A stretch of DNA of 64,000 bases from an uncultured Candidatus Saccharibacteria bacterium (GTDB lineage Bacteria > Patescibacteriota > Saccharimonadia > Saccharimonadales > Saccharimonadaceae), in NCBI GenBank assembly GCA_963535445.1, contig CAUSWA010000001.1, positions 10,896-74,895 on the forward strand, in the 5' to 3' direction. Below the pieces are notes generated by a model. The model was not told where the DNA came from, did not search any database, and saw nothing but the letters and a program-made list of their open reading frames with translations. The first letter of the stretch is position 1, and every line of letters starts with the position of its first letter. The position numbers and the translations under genes are program-made. Shown here in pieces: positions 8,423-18,189 of this stretch.

Positions 8423-10526
8423 AAAATTAAAGCGGCTGTCAAATAGACGCCGCGTTAATATGGTGCGAGCTGAATGGCGGCACCTCTGCAAAAACAAAAT
8501 ATTACTACTGTCGATGGCGGTTATTTCGTTTATCCCGATTATGTACAGCGGATTTTTCTTGGGCTCAATTTGGGATCCATATGGGCAGGTGAAGAATCTG
8601 CCGGTAGCGTTTGTTAATGAGGACAAAGGCGCGCAGCTGAACGGTCAAACGGTCAATATTGGGCAATCGGTCGAGCAAAAACTCAAAAGTAATCATGATT
8701 TGGGCTGGGAGTTTGTGAATAAACAGCAAGCCGATGACGGGGTTAGTAGCGGACATTTCTATGCGGTGGTGACTGTGCCGACGGATTTTTCGGCAAAAGC
8801 GGCGTCAATTACGCAGAATAAACCGCAGCAGGCGGTGATTCACTACACGACTACGCCAGCCAAGAACTATATCGGTTCGCTGGTCAGTAATCAAGCGGCT
8901 GAGAAAGTCAAAACGTCGGTGGCCGAGCAAATTACTCAGGCGTATGCTAAAGGCGTTCTGGAAAATGTAGATAAACTTGGCGATGGTCTGGAAACGGCGG
9001 CGGGTGGCGCGTCCACCCTGCATGGCGGTTTGACGCAACTGCAAGCCGGCGCGCAGACGTATACTGGCGGCGTCCGGCAATTGGCGGTAAATCAGCGGGC
9101 AATGGCTAATGGTTTAGCGCAGCTCGGCGATGGATCGCGCCAATTGCAGGCAGGTTTGGGGCAATTGTCGAACGGTTTGCCAAGCGAATCGCAAGTTGCG
9201 CAGTTAACAAACGGTATGAAACAGTTGCAGGCAGGCCTTAATCAATTAAATACCAGCGTCCATAACCCGTCGCCTGTGCTTGTGAGCCAACAGAATAAGG
9301 TACAGAATGAGGCGCAAGCTTTGGCGCAAACGATGCAAACGTCTTTAGCTGATTTATCAGCAGCAGGTGTTGTGTTGAAAGATTTGGGCAGCCAGGCGGT
9401 AGCTTCTGGCGGTTCGACAACCATAACTTTGCCGCAAATTAGCCAGCTTTCCCAGGCGCTTAATAAAACGCAAACGATTAGTATGCAAGCAGCTGCGCTA
9501 CTTAAAGATTTGCAGATACTTACTCAAAGTCTGTCAACGCAGCAAGCACAATTGCAAACTGGCGTTTCGACGCTGACTAATGGAGTTAACCAGCTGGCGC
9601 CGAATGCAATCACTGCTCTTAATGGTTATAACAGCGTAAGAGCAGCGAATAATCAGTTGCTGGCCGGCTCGACATCGCTGGCGAACAGTCTGGCGCAAGC
9701 GCAATCCGGTAGCCAACAACTGGCGAATGGCGCGCAGCTGTTAGACAGCCGCTCCAGTATACTAACGAATGGCGCTTCGCAATTGGCGGGCGGCGCGGAT
9801 ACTCTGGCCACGAAGCTAGCAGACGCTTCCCGGCAACTCAAAATACAACCAACTGGCGCAGCCACTCAGCAGCAGATGGCGAATCCAGTGAAGTCGGAAA
9901 CGACCAAGCAGGGTGACGTGCCGAATTACGGCTACGCGCTGGCGCCGTACGTGTTGTCGCTGAGCTTGTTTGTCGGGGCGATTGCTCTGAATATTATTTA
10001 TCCAATCCGCAAAACTTTTGCCGAGCAAGAAAACGCTTTTCGCTGGTGGCTAGCCAAAGCTTCGGTTACTGGCTTGGCGGCCTTCGTTCAGGCAACGATC
10101 TTGATGCTGATAATGGTTTACTGCTTGGGTCTAGTGCCAGATCATCCAGTGAACTTCATCGGGGCGATTTATTTGACGTCGTTTGTCTATATGTCGATCG
10201 TGTCGCTACTGGTAATTGTACTGGATAATCCAGGACGCTTCCTGGCGATGGTGCTATTGGTATTGCAGCTGGGGTCGAGCGAGGGGACGTTCCCGATTCA
10301 AACAGCCAATGGCTTCTTTCAGGCGGTTAATCCGCTGGTGCCGATGACTTATTCTATTCGGGCGCTGCGCCAGGCTATTTCGGGAGGCTTAGGCAGTTCG
10401 TTCTATAGCGATAGCATGTGGGTGCTAGCTGGATTCTTGCTGGCGGCTAATCTGCTGATGATCGGCTTCTTCATCTACCGCGGCAAGCGAAAATTCGCTC
10501 ATACTTCGGTGGATGGCGACGATTAA
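8415..10526 (+). CDS. YhgE/Pip domain membrane protein
   Basis: WDPYGQVKNLPVAFVNEDKG N-terminus, L..G..QL..G coiled repeats, VPNYGYALAPY, C-terminal TMs with GTFP. Confidence 0.92.
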   Translation: MVEKLKRLSNRRRVNMVRAEWRHLCKNKILLLSMAVISFIPIMYSGFFLGSIWDPYGQVKNLPVAFVNEDKGAQLNGQTVNIGQSVEQKLKSNHDLGWEFVNKQQADDGVSSGHFYAVVTVPTDFSAKAASITQNKPQQAVIHYTTTPAKNYIGSLVSNQAAEKVKTSVAEQITQAYAKGVLENVDKLGDGLETAAGGASTLHGGLTQLQAGAQTYTGGVRQLAVNQRAMANGLAQLGDGSRQLQAGLGQLSNGLPSESQVAQLTNGMKQLQAGLNQLNTSVHNPSPVLVSQQNKVQNEAQALAQTMQTSLADLSAAGVVLKDLGSQAVASGGSTTITLPQISQLSQALNKTQTISMQAAALLKDLQILTQSLSTQQAQLQTGVSTLTNGVNQLAPNAITALNGYNSVRAANNQLLAGSTSLANSLAQAQSGSQQLANGAQLLDSRSSILTNGASQLAGGADTLATKLADASRQLKIQPTGAATQQQMANPVKSETTKQGDVPNYGYALAPYVLSLSLFVGAIALNIIYPIRKTFAEQENAFRWWLAKASVTGLAAFVQATILMLIMVYCLGLVPDHPVNFIGAIYLTSFVYMSIVSLLVIVLDNPGRFLAMVLLVLQLGSSEGTFPIQTANGFFQAVNPLVPMTYSIRALRQAISGGLGSSFYSDSMWVLAGFLLAANLLMIGFFIYRGKRKFAHTSVDGDD

Positions 10527-10545
10527 TCCTCTTTGAAGCTTTTAG

Positions 10546-10584
10546 AAAATGCCAGCGTCTTTGGGAAAACGGCGCTGGCATTTT
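10546..10584 (+). terminator. Intrinsic terminator
   Basis: aaaatgccagcgtc...ggcgctggcatttt. Confidence 0.75.
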
Positions 10585-10603
10585 GGTTGGCGTAGGGTTA
10601 TTT

Positions 10604-10632
10604 TTGACAAAATACGGGCAGTTTGCTAAAAT
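10604..10632 (+). promoter_or_regulatory. rnj promoter
   Basis: TTGACA-17-TAAAAT with TG extension. Confidence 0.75.
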
Positions 10633-10721
10633 AAAGCTACTAACGAGAGGGATTTCTAGCGATTAAAAGCACCTCTCTACCTGGTTTTTAGATTATTGTA
10701 ATAAAAAAGGAGTATAACAAT

Positions 10722-12839
10722 ATGGGTCAGCGGCGACTGGCAACCCCCAAAGGCGACGATACTGGTAAACGCCCTTTGCAGGTTAAACAAAAATCAACCA
10801 ATACTGTACTGAACGCGACAACTACGCGCAAAGGCGAAGTCTTTCGGGCGCAGCGGCGGATGTCGGAAGGTGTCAATGCGCAGGCTAGCCAGCATCTGAT
10901 TAATGTGCCGGTCAACAAATCGGTATATAACGGCTATGGCGGCAAGCAATTCAGCCTAAAAGACCAGCCGAAACGTCCGCGGGCACCGCGGCCAACGCTG
11001 AAGGTGATTCCGATTGGCGGTGTTGGCGAGATGGGTATCGGCAAGAACATGACGGCGATTGAATATGACAACGATATCATCGTCATTGATATGGGGTTCT
11101 TGTTCCCAGGTAGTGATTATCCGGGTATAAATTATATAATTCCTGATACTCAGTGGCTGGAAGAAAATAAGCATCGGATTCGAGCGCACGTCTTTACGCA
11201 CGGCCATCTCGACCACATTGGCGCATTCCGGCATATCATCCCGAAATTGCCAGCACCAGTTTATGGCACGAAGTTCACGCTTGGCATGCTGCAGCGGACG
11301 ATGGAAGAGACAGATGGCGCTTTCACGCCAGAATATCACGAATTAAATCCAGAAAATCATGATACTGTACAACTTTGTGATTCATTTAGTGTTGAGCTGG
11401 TACGCGTTAATCACTCGATTCCAGATGCAGCTGCTGTAGTGGTGCGGACGCCAGTTGGTAATATCCTCTCGAGCGGCGACTGGCGTATTGAAGAAAATCC
11501 GGTCGACGGCAAGAAATTCGATTTCAACCGGATTAACGAAATTGCCGAAAAAGAAGGCTTTTTGCTGTTTATGAACGAGTCGACTAACTGTGAAAGTGAC
11601 GGTACGCATACACACGGCGAATTTGACATTCAGCACAGTATGGGCGAGGTGATGGATAAGTGGTCGAAGAGCCGGATTATTGTCAGTAGCTTTTCTAGCC
11701 AGTTGCATCGGATTCAGCTACTTCTCGAGGAAGCGAAAAAGCATGATCGCAAAGTGGCGTTCGCTGGATTTAGTATGATTCAGAACCTGGAAGTAGCACT
11801 GCGTTCGGGTGTAATCAAAGTCCCGAAAGATACTGTAGTCAAGATGGAAGATTTGATTAAACTGCCTGATAACAAGATAACAATCGTCTGTACTGGTAGC
11901 CAAGGCGAGTTCAATGCGGTACTCAATCGGATGGCAACTGGCGCCCACAAATACGTTAAGATTAAGGGCTCGGACGTAGTAGTCTTAAGCTCGAACCCAA
12001 TCCCTGGCAACGAGAAATACGTAGTGCGGACAGTTGATGGCCTGATGCGCGAGGGCGGCGAGATTATTCAAAATGGCAAAACACACCTAACTGGTATCGG
12101 GCCGCTGCACCTATCGGGTCACGGCTATTACGATGACCACGTGCGGGTGATTAATGCGGTCAAACCGAAGTATTATCTGCCTAATCACGGCGAGTTTCAT
12201 ATGTTAGTACACAATGCACGCTTGGCCGAGAAAGAATGCGGTATTCCGCGGCAAAATATATTTGTTTGTGATCCAGGCGATATCATTGAGTTTACTAGCG
12301 ATGGCGCGCATAAAATTGGCCGCATTGTTCACTCTGGCGGTACGATGTATGATGATGCCGGCGCGGTAGTCAGCGAAGTGGTGCTCAAAGACCGTATCCA
12401 CATGAGCCAAGAAGGTATATTTATAGTCATATTGACGGTTCAGCGCGGTACGGGGCGGCTCTTGACTAGTCCAGACATTATCAGCCGCGGGTTTATTTAT
12501 ATGCGCGATAATGAAGAGCTAATGGGAATGATCCGCCAATATCTCAAGCAGAAAGCGGCGCGTAGTTTCTCTGGTAAGTATGACATAGAGGTGGTCAAAA
12601 AAGAAATCAAAGACGAAGTAACGCATATTTTGTATGATCAGACGCGGCGAACGCCAATTGTTATTCCAGTGGTTAATGAAGTTGGCGGCGCAGCGAAAGC
12701 GCACGGCCGCGCCCCGCAAGCTAAATCTGCTAGCCAGCCGTTGATGCCGCAGCCGTCAGGCAAGCGTTTCCCGCGCAAACAGACCCCTGATACCGAGACA
12801 GTAGTGCCGCGCGACCGCTCAGATAGCCGCTCGTACTAA
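10722..12839 (+). CDS. rnj: Ribonuclease J
   Basis: IPIGGVGEMGIGKNMT, THGHLDHIG, NHSIPD, TGSQGE, HLSGH, HGE; basic N- and C-terminal extensions. Confidence 0.95.
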   Translation: MGQRRLATPKGDDTGKRPLQVKQKSTNTVLNATTTRKGEVFRAQRRMSEGVNAQASQHLINVPVNKSVYNGYGGKQFSLKDQPKRPRAPRPTLKVIPIGGVGEMGIGKNMTAIEYDNDIIVIDMGFLFPGSDYPGINYIIPDTQWLEENKHRIRAHVFTHGHLDHIGAFRHIIPKLPAPVYGTKFTLGMLQRTMEETDGAFTPEYHELNPENHDTVQLCDSFSVELVRVNHSIPDAAAVVVRTPVGNILSSGDWRIEENPVDGKKFDFNRINEIAEKEGFLLFMNESTNCESDGTHTHGEFDIQHSMGEVMDKWSKSRIIVSSFSSQLHRIQLLLEEAKKHDRKVAFAGFSMIQNLEVALRSGVIKVPKDTVVKMEDLIKLPDNKITIVCTGSQGEFNAVLNRMATGAHKYVKIKGSDVVVLSSNPIPGNEKYVVRTVDGLMREGGEIIQNGKTHLTGIGPLHLSGHGYYDDHVRVINAVKPKYYLPNHGEFHMLVHNARLAEKECGIPRQNIFVCDPGDIIEFTSDGAHKIGRIVHSGGTMYDDAGAVVSEVVLKDRIHMSQEGIFIVILTVQRGTGRLLTSPDIISRGFIYMRDNEELMGMIRQYLKQKAARSFSGKYDIEVVKKEIKDEVTHILYDQTRRTPIVIPVVNEVGGAAKAHGRAPQAKSASQPLMPQPSGKRFPRKQTPDTETVVPRDRSDSRSY

Positions 12840-12845
12840 CAGATA
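12818..12845 (+). repeat. Direct repeat copy 1 (rnj 3' end)
   Basis: ctcagatagccgctcgtactaacagata; 27/28 identical to 13986-14013. Confidence 0.9.
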
Positions 12846-12925
12846 TGTACATGAGGTTTTCTAGATAAAATTAGATATTGTAACATAAAATTGATACATT
12901 AACTATTTTTAGTTACGATCAAGAC

Positions 12926-14007
12926 ATGAAGAATATTGAATCTACCCCCCATCTTTATCAACGCCATTAGCAAGTATTAGTGTTTGTCCAGAACTCGCTG
13001 CAATTGAACCGTGGTCTACGCCAAATCCAAAAGTTAGAGTTTATTTTGAAAAATCTCGTCCGGACGCCTGGCCTATACTTCCGCCAAGAGATCAGCTCAA
13101 TCCGCAAGCGCGGGAGGCGCTGGCTGTCTTTGATAAGGCAGACGAATTGCGGGCAGAACCTGGATATGAAGAAGTGTTGGAGCTGGCAGGCTTACGGGTA
13201 GAAGTATATATTAAAGATAGTAAAAAGCAGGCAGCGGAAAAACTAATAGACAAAGGGATTAGACTAGGAAAAATACCTCCAGAAGATAGGGAAAGTAAAC
13301 TAGCAAGATATACAGAACGATCCGGATGGGTAAAATATGGGATAGAAAGACAAGTACTTAGTGGTGAGTTGCCTGGGGATAGCTTTCTGTGTAAACCTCT
13401 TCAACTAGGAAGTTCGGCTTTAGAAAGGCTGGCCATATTGGAAGCTCTTGGTTTTAATGAAGGAAACATCAAAGGTTCTATTGTATTTGGAAGTAAGCAT
13501 AGATATGACAGAAAAGTTCAAGAAAGTGATAGGTTCTTTAGGTCAACAGAGAAAGAACAGAGAGAGCAGTTAAAATGTCTGCTTGATGACGCTAAGACAA
13601 ATCAAGCGAACGAAGAAAAACGTAAAAAAGAGGCTGCTAGGGTAGCTGGTATTGAGAGAATGTCTGGAGGTGATGTAGAAAGGGTTGTTGAGTGGTTTGA
13701 ATCTCGTGCGGAATCATTGCGGCAAGATGGCTATGTATTGAGTTCAATGGTAAACCTTGAGTCTAGCAGAGAGAAAGCTGAGCTTGTCAAAGGAAGTATC
13801 GCAGGACTGCGCCAATATTTTCCAGATTTGCGCTATCCAAGCGGCTTGAGTGTACTTGATTATTTATCAGAGACTTATGGTACGGATTCGACAGCAGCAG
13901 TATTGGTTGGCGCGCAGGTCGTAGGAACAGGTAAAGTTTATACTCTTGGTCTAGACTGGGCGACTGTTTATAGAAAGTTAGATTCCTCAGACAGCCGCTC
14001 GTACTAA
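12926..14007 (+). pseudogene. AT-rich orphan gene, apparently frameshifted at a C6 tract (12945-12950); ORF track shows only 13147-14007
   Basis: TTGATA-17-TACGAT-6-ATG(12926); the 13147 frame is open back to 12940; one extra C joins MKNIESTP to PSLSTPLAS... Confidence 0.6.
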
Positions 14008-14013
14008 CAGATA
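13986..14013 (+). repeat. Direct repeat copy 2 (encodes the orphan C-terminus SDSRSY*)
   Basis: ctcagacagccgctcgtactaacagata. Confidence 0.9.
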
Positions 14014-14095
14014 GCGCTATTGCTTTTTGTAGTAATTTATGCTACAATAGTAGTATACCCTTTTAGATATAAACAGAGTACAATAGGTAACGGTT

Positions 14096-16354
14096 ATGGC
14101 AAAGAAAAAGACGACGCGAACTCGAAAATCGACTAAAACAACTCGTACAGCACGCGCTAGCAAAGCAGCGAAAGCACCAGCACCGCAGCATGAAGTACCC
14201 TCTGGGTTTTGGCCGCAAGTTGCGGCGGTGCTATTGATGGCGCTATCGGTACTGCTGGTAGTATCGTGGTTCGGTGCGGGCGGTCCATTGCTTAATCAAA
14301 TGCTAGAGGTGTCTAAGCGAACGATTGGCTGGGCGGTTTATATAGTGCCAGTTGTCGGTTTATATGTAGCTGTTAGAATATTTGGCGCCGAAAACAACCG
14401 ATTGCCAGCAGTCATGAAATTTGCCTCGATTTTGATAGTTATTTGGTTCAGCGGCTTATTCGGGCTGTTTCGCGAAAAGGGTGCGCCGTCGACTGGCGGT
14501 GTTGTTGGCGATGGTTTGAATTCGGTCGTCTTGTCACTGGTCAATATACCAGTCGGTGTTTTTATTTATATTTTGCTGATTGCGATTACGCTATTGTTTG
14601 TGTTGCAACTGCGGTTTAGCGATATTGCAGCAATGTTCAAGACGGCAGTAGCCAGCAACGAAAAGGCAGAGAACGAAGCTAATGTCCAGGTCATGCGCAA
14701 AGCTGCCGAAGATGATCACGGCAAGATGGACGATTTCAAGCTTAACGAAGGCGTGCCAACAGTATCACAAGATGATAGTAAGCAAAGTGCCAAGCTTAAG
14801 AATAAACCGCAGGCTAAAAAAGCCGAAGCCGATCGCGACGACAAAATGGCGATGCTGGCGGTTAGTGATCCAAATTGGCAATTTCCTGGTCTTGATCTGC
14901 TTGAAAAGAAAGAAGCGCCAGCTGATGCGGGCGATATCAAGCAGAATGCGCGCATTATCCAGGATACTTTACGCGAATTTAACATTAATGTCGATATGGA
15001 AGGCGCTAATATCGGCCCTAAGGTAACGCAGTATACGCTGCGGCCGCCGGCGGGCATTAAGTTGAGCAAGATTACAGCGCTAGAAACCAATATTGCGCTG
15101 AATCTGGCAGCGTCGAGCTTGCGCATGGAAGCACCGATTCCAGGTAAAAAAGCTGTTGGTATCGAAGTGCCGAACAAGAAAGCGGCCGACGTGCGTATCC
15201 GTTCAATCCTCGAGAGCGCTGAATGGCGCCGCCGCAAAGAGCCGCTGAGTTTTGCGATTGGTAAAGACATTTCAGGACTGCCGTTTGTCGGCGAACTTAA
15301 CAAAATGCCGCACTTGCTGGTCGCCGGACAGACAGGCTCTGGTAAATCGGTGATGATTAATACGCTGCTAAGTAGTTTGCTTTACCGCAACGCGCCGAGC
15401 GATATGAAATTAATCCTTGTCGATCCGAAGCAGGTCGAGATGGCACCGTATCAAGATATACCGCACTTATTAACGCCGGTGATTGTCGAGCCAGAAAAGA
15501 CAATGAGCGCACTGAAGTGGGCGGTTAATGAGATGGAGCGCCGTTATAGCTTGCTGGCCGAGGAGCGAGTACGTGATATCAAGACTTACAATGAGCGCGC
15601 TAAGGCGAAAGGTAAGAAAATCGGCGTTGCCGATGAAAAGGGCAATGTACAGCAAGTTGATGAAGGTACAATGCCATATATCGTGATTGTGATTGACGAG
15701 ATGGCCGATCTGATGATGGTAGCCAAGCGTGATGTCGAGGGCCTGATAGTCCGTCTGGCGCAGAAAGCGCGGGCGGTTGGTATTCACTTGGTGCTGGCGA
15801 CGCAGCGTCCGAGCGTTGATGTGATTACCGGCTTGATCAAAGCAAACGTGCCGGCGCGCATTGCCTTTACGGTAGCTAGCCAGACGGATAGCCAGACGAT
15901 TCTTGATCAGGCTGGCGCCGAGAAACTGCTGGGCCAAGGCGATATGCTAATCAAAACTGCTAGCATGCCGAAACCGAAGCGTATTCAGGGCGCTTGGGTG
16001 ATGGATAGCGAGGTGAATAAAATTACTGATCAACTGCGGATGCAGGCGCCGCCGCAGTACAATGATGAAATCGTTAGCCAGCCAGTGCAATTGAATGGTA
16101 AGGGCGGGGTAGTGATGGATTTTGGCGGCAACAGTGGCGACAATATGTTCAAAGATGCAGTGCAAGTGGTAGTGCAGATGCGCAAAGCATCAACGTCGTT
16201 ATTACAGAGGAAACTACGGATTGGTTATTCGCGAGCAGCGCGGATTATGGAAGAAATGGAAGAACAAGGAATTATCGGTCCGGCAGATGGTTCGCGGCCG
16301 CGCGAAGTGCTGATTTCAAGCGCAGACGAGATTAACTCGGGCGGCGATTTCTAG
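14096..16354 (+). CDS. ftsK: DNA translocase FtsK/SpoIIIE
   Basis: N-terminal TMs, PHLLVAGQTGSGKS, IDEMADLMM, LATQRPSVDV, gamma domain LQRKLRIGYSRAAR. Confidence 0.97.
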   Translation: MAKKKTTRTRKSTKTTRTARASKAAKAPAPQHEVPSGFWPQVAAVLLMALSVLLVVSWFGAGGPLLNQMLEVSKRTIGWAVYIVPVVGLYVAVRIFGAENNRLPAVMKFASILIVIWFSGLFGLFREKGAPSTGGVVGDGLNSVVLSLVNIPVGVFIYILLIAITLLFVLQLRFSDIAAMFKTAVASNEKAENEANVQVMRKAAEDDHGKMDDFKLNEGVPTVSQDDSKQSAKLKNKPQAKKAEADRDDKMAMLAVSDPNWQFPGLDLLEKKEAPADAGDIKQNARIIQDTLREFNINVDMEGANIGPKVTQYTLRPPAGIKLSKITALETNIALNLAASSLRMEAPIPGKKAVGIEVPNKKAADVRIRSILESAEWRRRKEPLSFAIGKDISGLPFVGELNKMPHLLVAGQTGSGKSVMINTLLSSLLYRNAPSDMKLILVDPKQVEMAPYQDIPHLLTPVIVEPEKTMSALKWAVNEMERRYSLLAEERVRDIKTYNERAKAKGKKIGVADEKGNVQQVDEGTMPYIVIVIDEMADLMMVAKRDVEGLIVRLAQKARAVGIHLVLATQRPSVDVITGLIKANVPARIAFTVASQTDSQTILDQAGAEKLLGQGDMLIKTASMPKPKRIQGAWVMDSEVNKITDQLRMQAPPQYNDEIVSQPVQLNGKGGVVMDFGGNSGDNMFKDAVQVVVQMRKASTSLLQRKLRIGYSRAARIMEEMEEQGIIGPADGSRPREVLISSADEINSGGDF

Positions 16355-16356
16355 GG

Positions 16357-17166
16357 TTAATTTGCGCCAACGTACTCGCCGAGGATAGTCACCTCGTGAT
16401 TACTGTGCTCTATATCGCAGATAGCTTGGTAAAGCGTTTGCCCGGCGCAGTCAACAACCACAAAAAATTTATACTTCCAGGGCTGCCCAACGATCGGTTG
16501 CGACTGCAGCTTGGCGAGGTTGATGCGACGTTTGGCGAATATCTGCAATACCTCGACGAGGGCGCCAGGCTGATGGTCGGTAGTGATAACCAGCGACGCG
16601 CGATTAGCATCTTTTGGGGTGTCAGACGGTTCAATCACTAAAAAGCGGGTAATATTATCGGGATTGTCGTGGATGGAACGCTGTAGTATTGGCAAATTAT
16701 ATAATTCAGCAGCAGTTTGGCTAGCGATAGCGGCGCATTGCCGGGAGCCATTTTGCTTGATAAATTCGACGGCGCCAGCGGTATCAAAAAATTCAATTGG
16801 TGTTGCCTGCGGTAGGTGTTCCTGCAAGAAATAGCGGCATTGAGAAAGAGCTACCGGGTGAGAATAAACCTCAGTAATATCGCTGATTTTGGCGTTTGGC
16901 AGACCGATTAGCATTTGCTCGACAGGCAGCTTGATTTCGCCGACGATCGGCGCACTGCATTCCTCGATATAACGGTAAACTTCGTTAATGCTGCCAAATA
17001 GGGTGTTTTCGACCGCTGTAACGATCGCGTCGGCGTCGCCGCTGTCGTAGGCGGCAAAAACTTCGCTGAAAGTGGTGCAGGGTATAATCTCGGCGTCGGC
17101 GCCGTACCACTGCTGGACGGCTTGGTCGTGAAACGAGCCAGCTTGGCCCTGGATAGCGATATGCAT
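16357..17166 (-). CDS. pheA: Prephenate dehydratase with ACT domain
   Basis: IAIQGQAGSF, VENTLFGS, SHPVALSQC, NITRF, INLAKLQSQP; ATG 17166 lies six nt after TGCTATGAT. Confidence 0.9.
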   Translation of the reverse strand: MHIAIQGQAGSFHDQAVQQWYGADAEIIPCTTFSEVFAAYDSGDADAIVTAVENTLFGSINEVYRYIEECSAPIVGEIKLPVEQMLIGLPNAKISDITEVYSHPVALSQCRYFLQEHLPQATPIEFFDTAGAVEFIKQNGSRQCAAIASQTAAELYNLPILQRSIHDNPDNITRFLVIEPSDTPKDANRASLVITTDHQPGALVEVLQIFAKRRINLAKLQSQPIVGQPWKYKFFVVVDCAGQTLYQAICDIEHSNHEVTILGEYVGAN

Positions 17167-17280
17167 TCTAGTATCATAGCATAATTGTGATTTTGACCAC
17201 AAAGCTAGATGGTAAAAGTATTAAAATCTGCTAGCAGGGTATTTAAGGATTGCAATGGCTAGATAATTGCGGCGATATGC

Positions 17281-17309
17281 TTGACAAATTATCAAATATG
17301 GAGTATAAT
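17281..17309 (+). promoter_or_regulatory. Consensus sigma70 promoter
   Basis: TTGACA-17-TATAAT. Confidence 0.85.
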
Positions 17310-17363
17310 ATCGAGATATTTACATAATTAATTATCTGTAGTTAGAAAGGCTACGATAAATAT

Positions 17364-18134
17364 ATGGGTAAAACTAGAGAGTTTAGCTCTATTTCAGGCA
17401 CTGAACGGCCTGGCAGAGGGGAAAAGTGGAAACGCCGCGCGAAGGAACTAGGTGCTCTTGCTCTATCTGTTGCGGTAGCTTTTGGTCTCTATCATGAAGC
17501 ACATAAGCCCGCGATGAACGATGGGCAAATGCGCGATATGACAGATAACGTGCGTGCAGTCGTTTTGAATAAGGCTGAAGAAATTAGAAAAGATGGCTCT
17601 AGAGAGGGAGGTTCTTATCTAACTGGCGACGGCAGATCTCTTCGTATCGATGTAGCTGCTGGAATGCCAGCTGGCAATACATCAGGGACTGGTGTCGGTG
17701 AAACTGCGGATTATAATAGAGATGAGGGAATGAGTGTTGAACTATGTTTACGAGAAGAAAGAGACCCTAAATATGGCAAAGCTGATCACGGTTCATATTT
17801 ATGTGCTACTTTTAGCTCAGAGAATAGTTCAGTATTGAGGGATATAAAAACAAATGACGGTAAGATCAATCCTGATAAGGCTATAAAATTTGTAGGAAGC
17901 GATGACGCTAGCGTTAGTAGAATTTATTACTCCTGGGATTCCGACGAAAACGGGCGCGTTGAACCTTTTGAATGCCCTCCAGGTAAGAAATGTAGGGGTG
18001 ATCTGAGCTGGACTATTTATGTAAATAAAGATGAGGGTGTAGACAAGAGAAAGGAGGGTGTCTATTCAGGCGACGGTGCAGTACATCAAGTAGATGAGTT
18101 GCTTGCTGAGGTTAAAGATCGTTGGGATAACTAA
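17364..18134 (+). CDS. Hypothetical membrane-anchored exported protein
   Basis: Basic N-terminus, TM ELGALALSVAVAFGLY, two Cys pairs; own promoter and terminator. Confidence 0.75.
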   Translation: MGKTREFSSISGTERPGRGEKWKRRAKELGALALSVAVAFGLYHEAHKPAMNDGQMRDMTDNVRAVVLNKAEEIRKDGSREGGSYLTGDGRSLRIDVAAGMPAGNTSGTGVGETADYNRDEGMSVELCLREERDPKYGKADHGSYLCATFSSENSSVLRDIKTNDGKINPDKAIKFVGSDDASVSRIYYSWDSDENGRVEPFECPPGKKCRGDLSWTIYVNKDEGVDKRKEGVYSGDGAVHQVDELLAEVKDRWDN

Positions 18135-18161
18135 AAGTTTTCAAAATAATGAGTAGGTAAA

Positions 18162-18189
18162 AAAGTGCCCGTGTAGTAACGGGCACTTT
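18162..18189 (+). terminator. Intrinsic terminator-like hairpin
   Basis: aaagtgcccgt / acgggcacttt. Confidence 0.65.
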
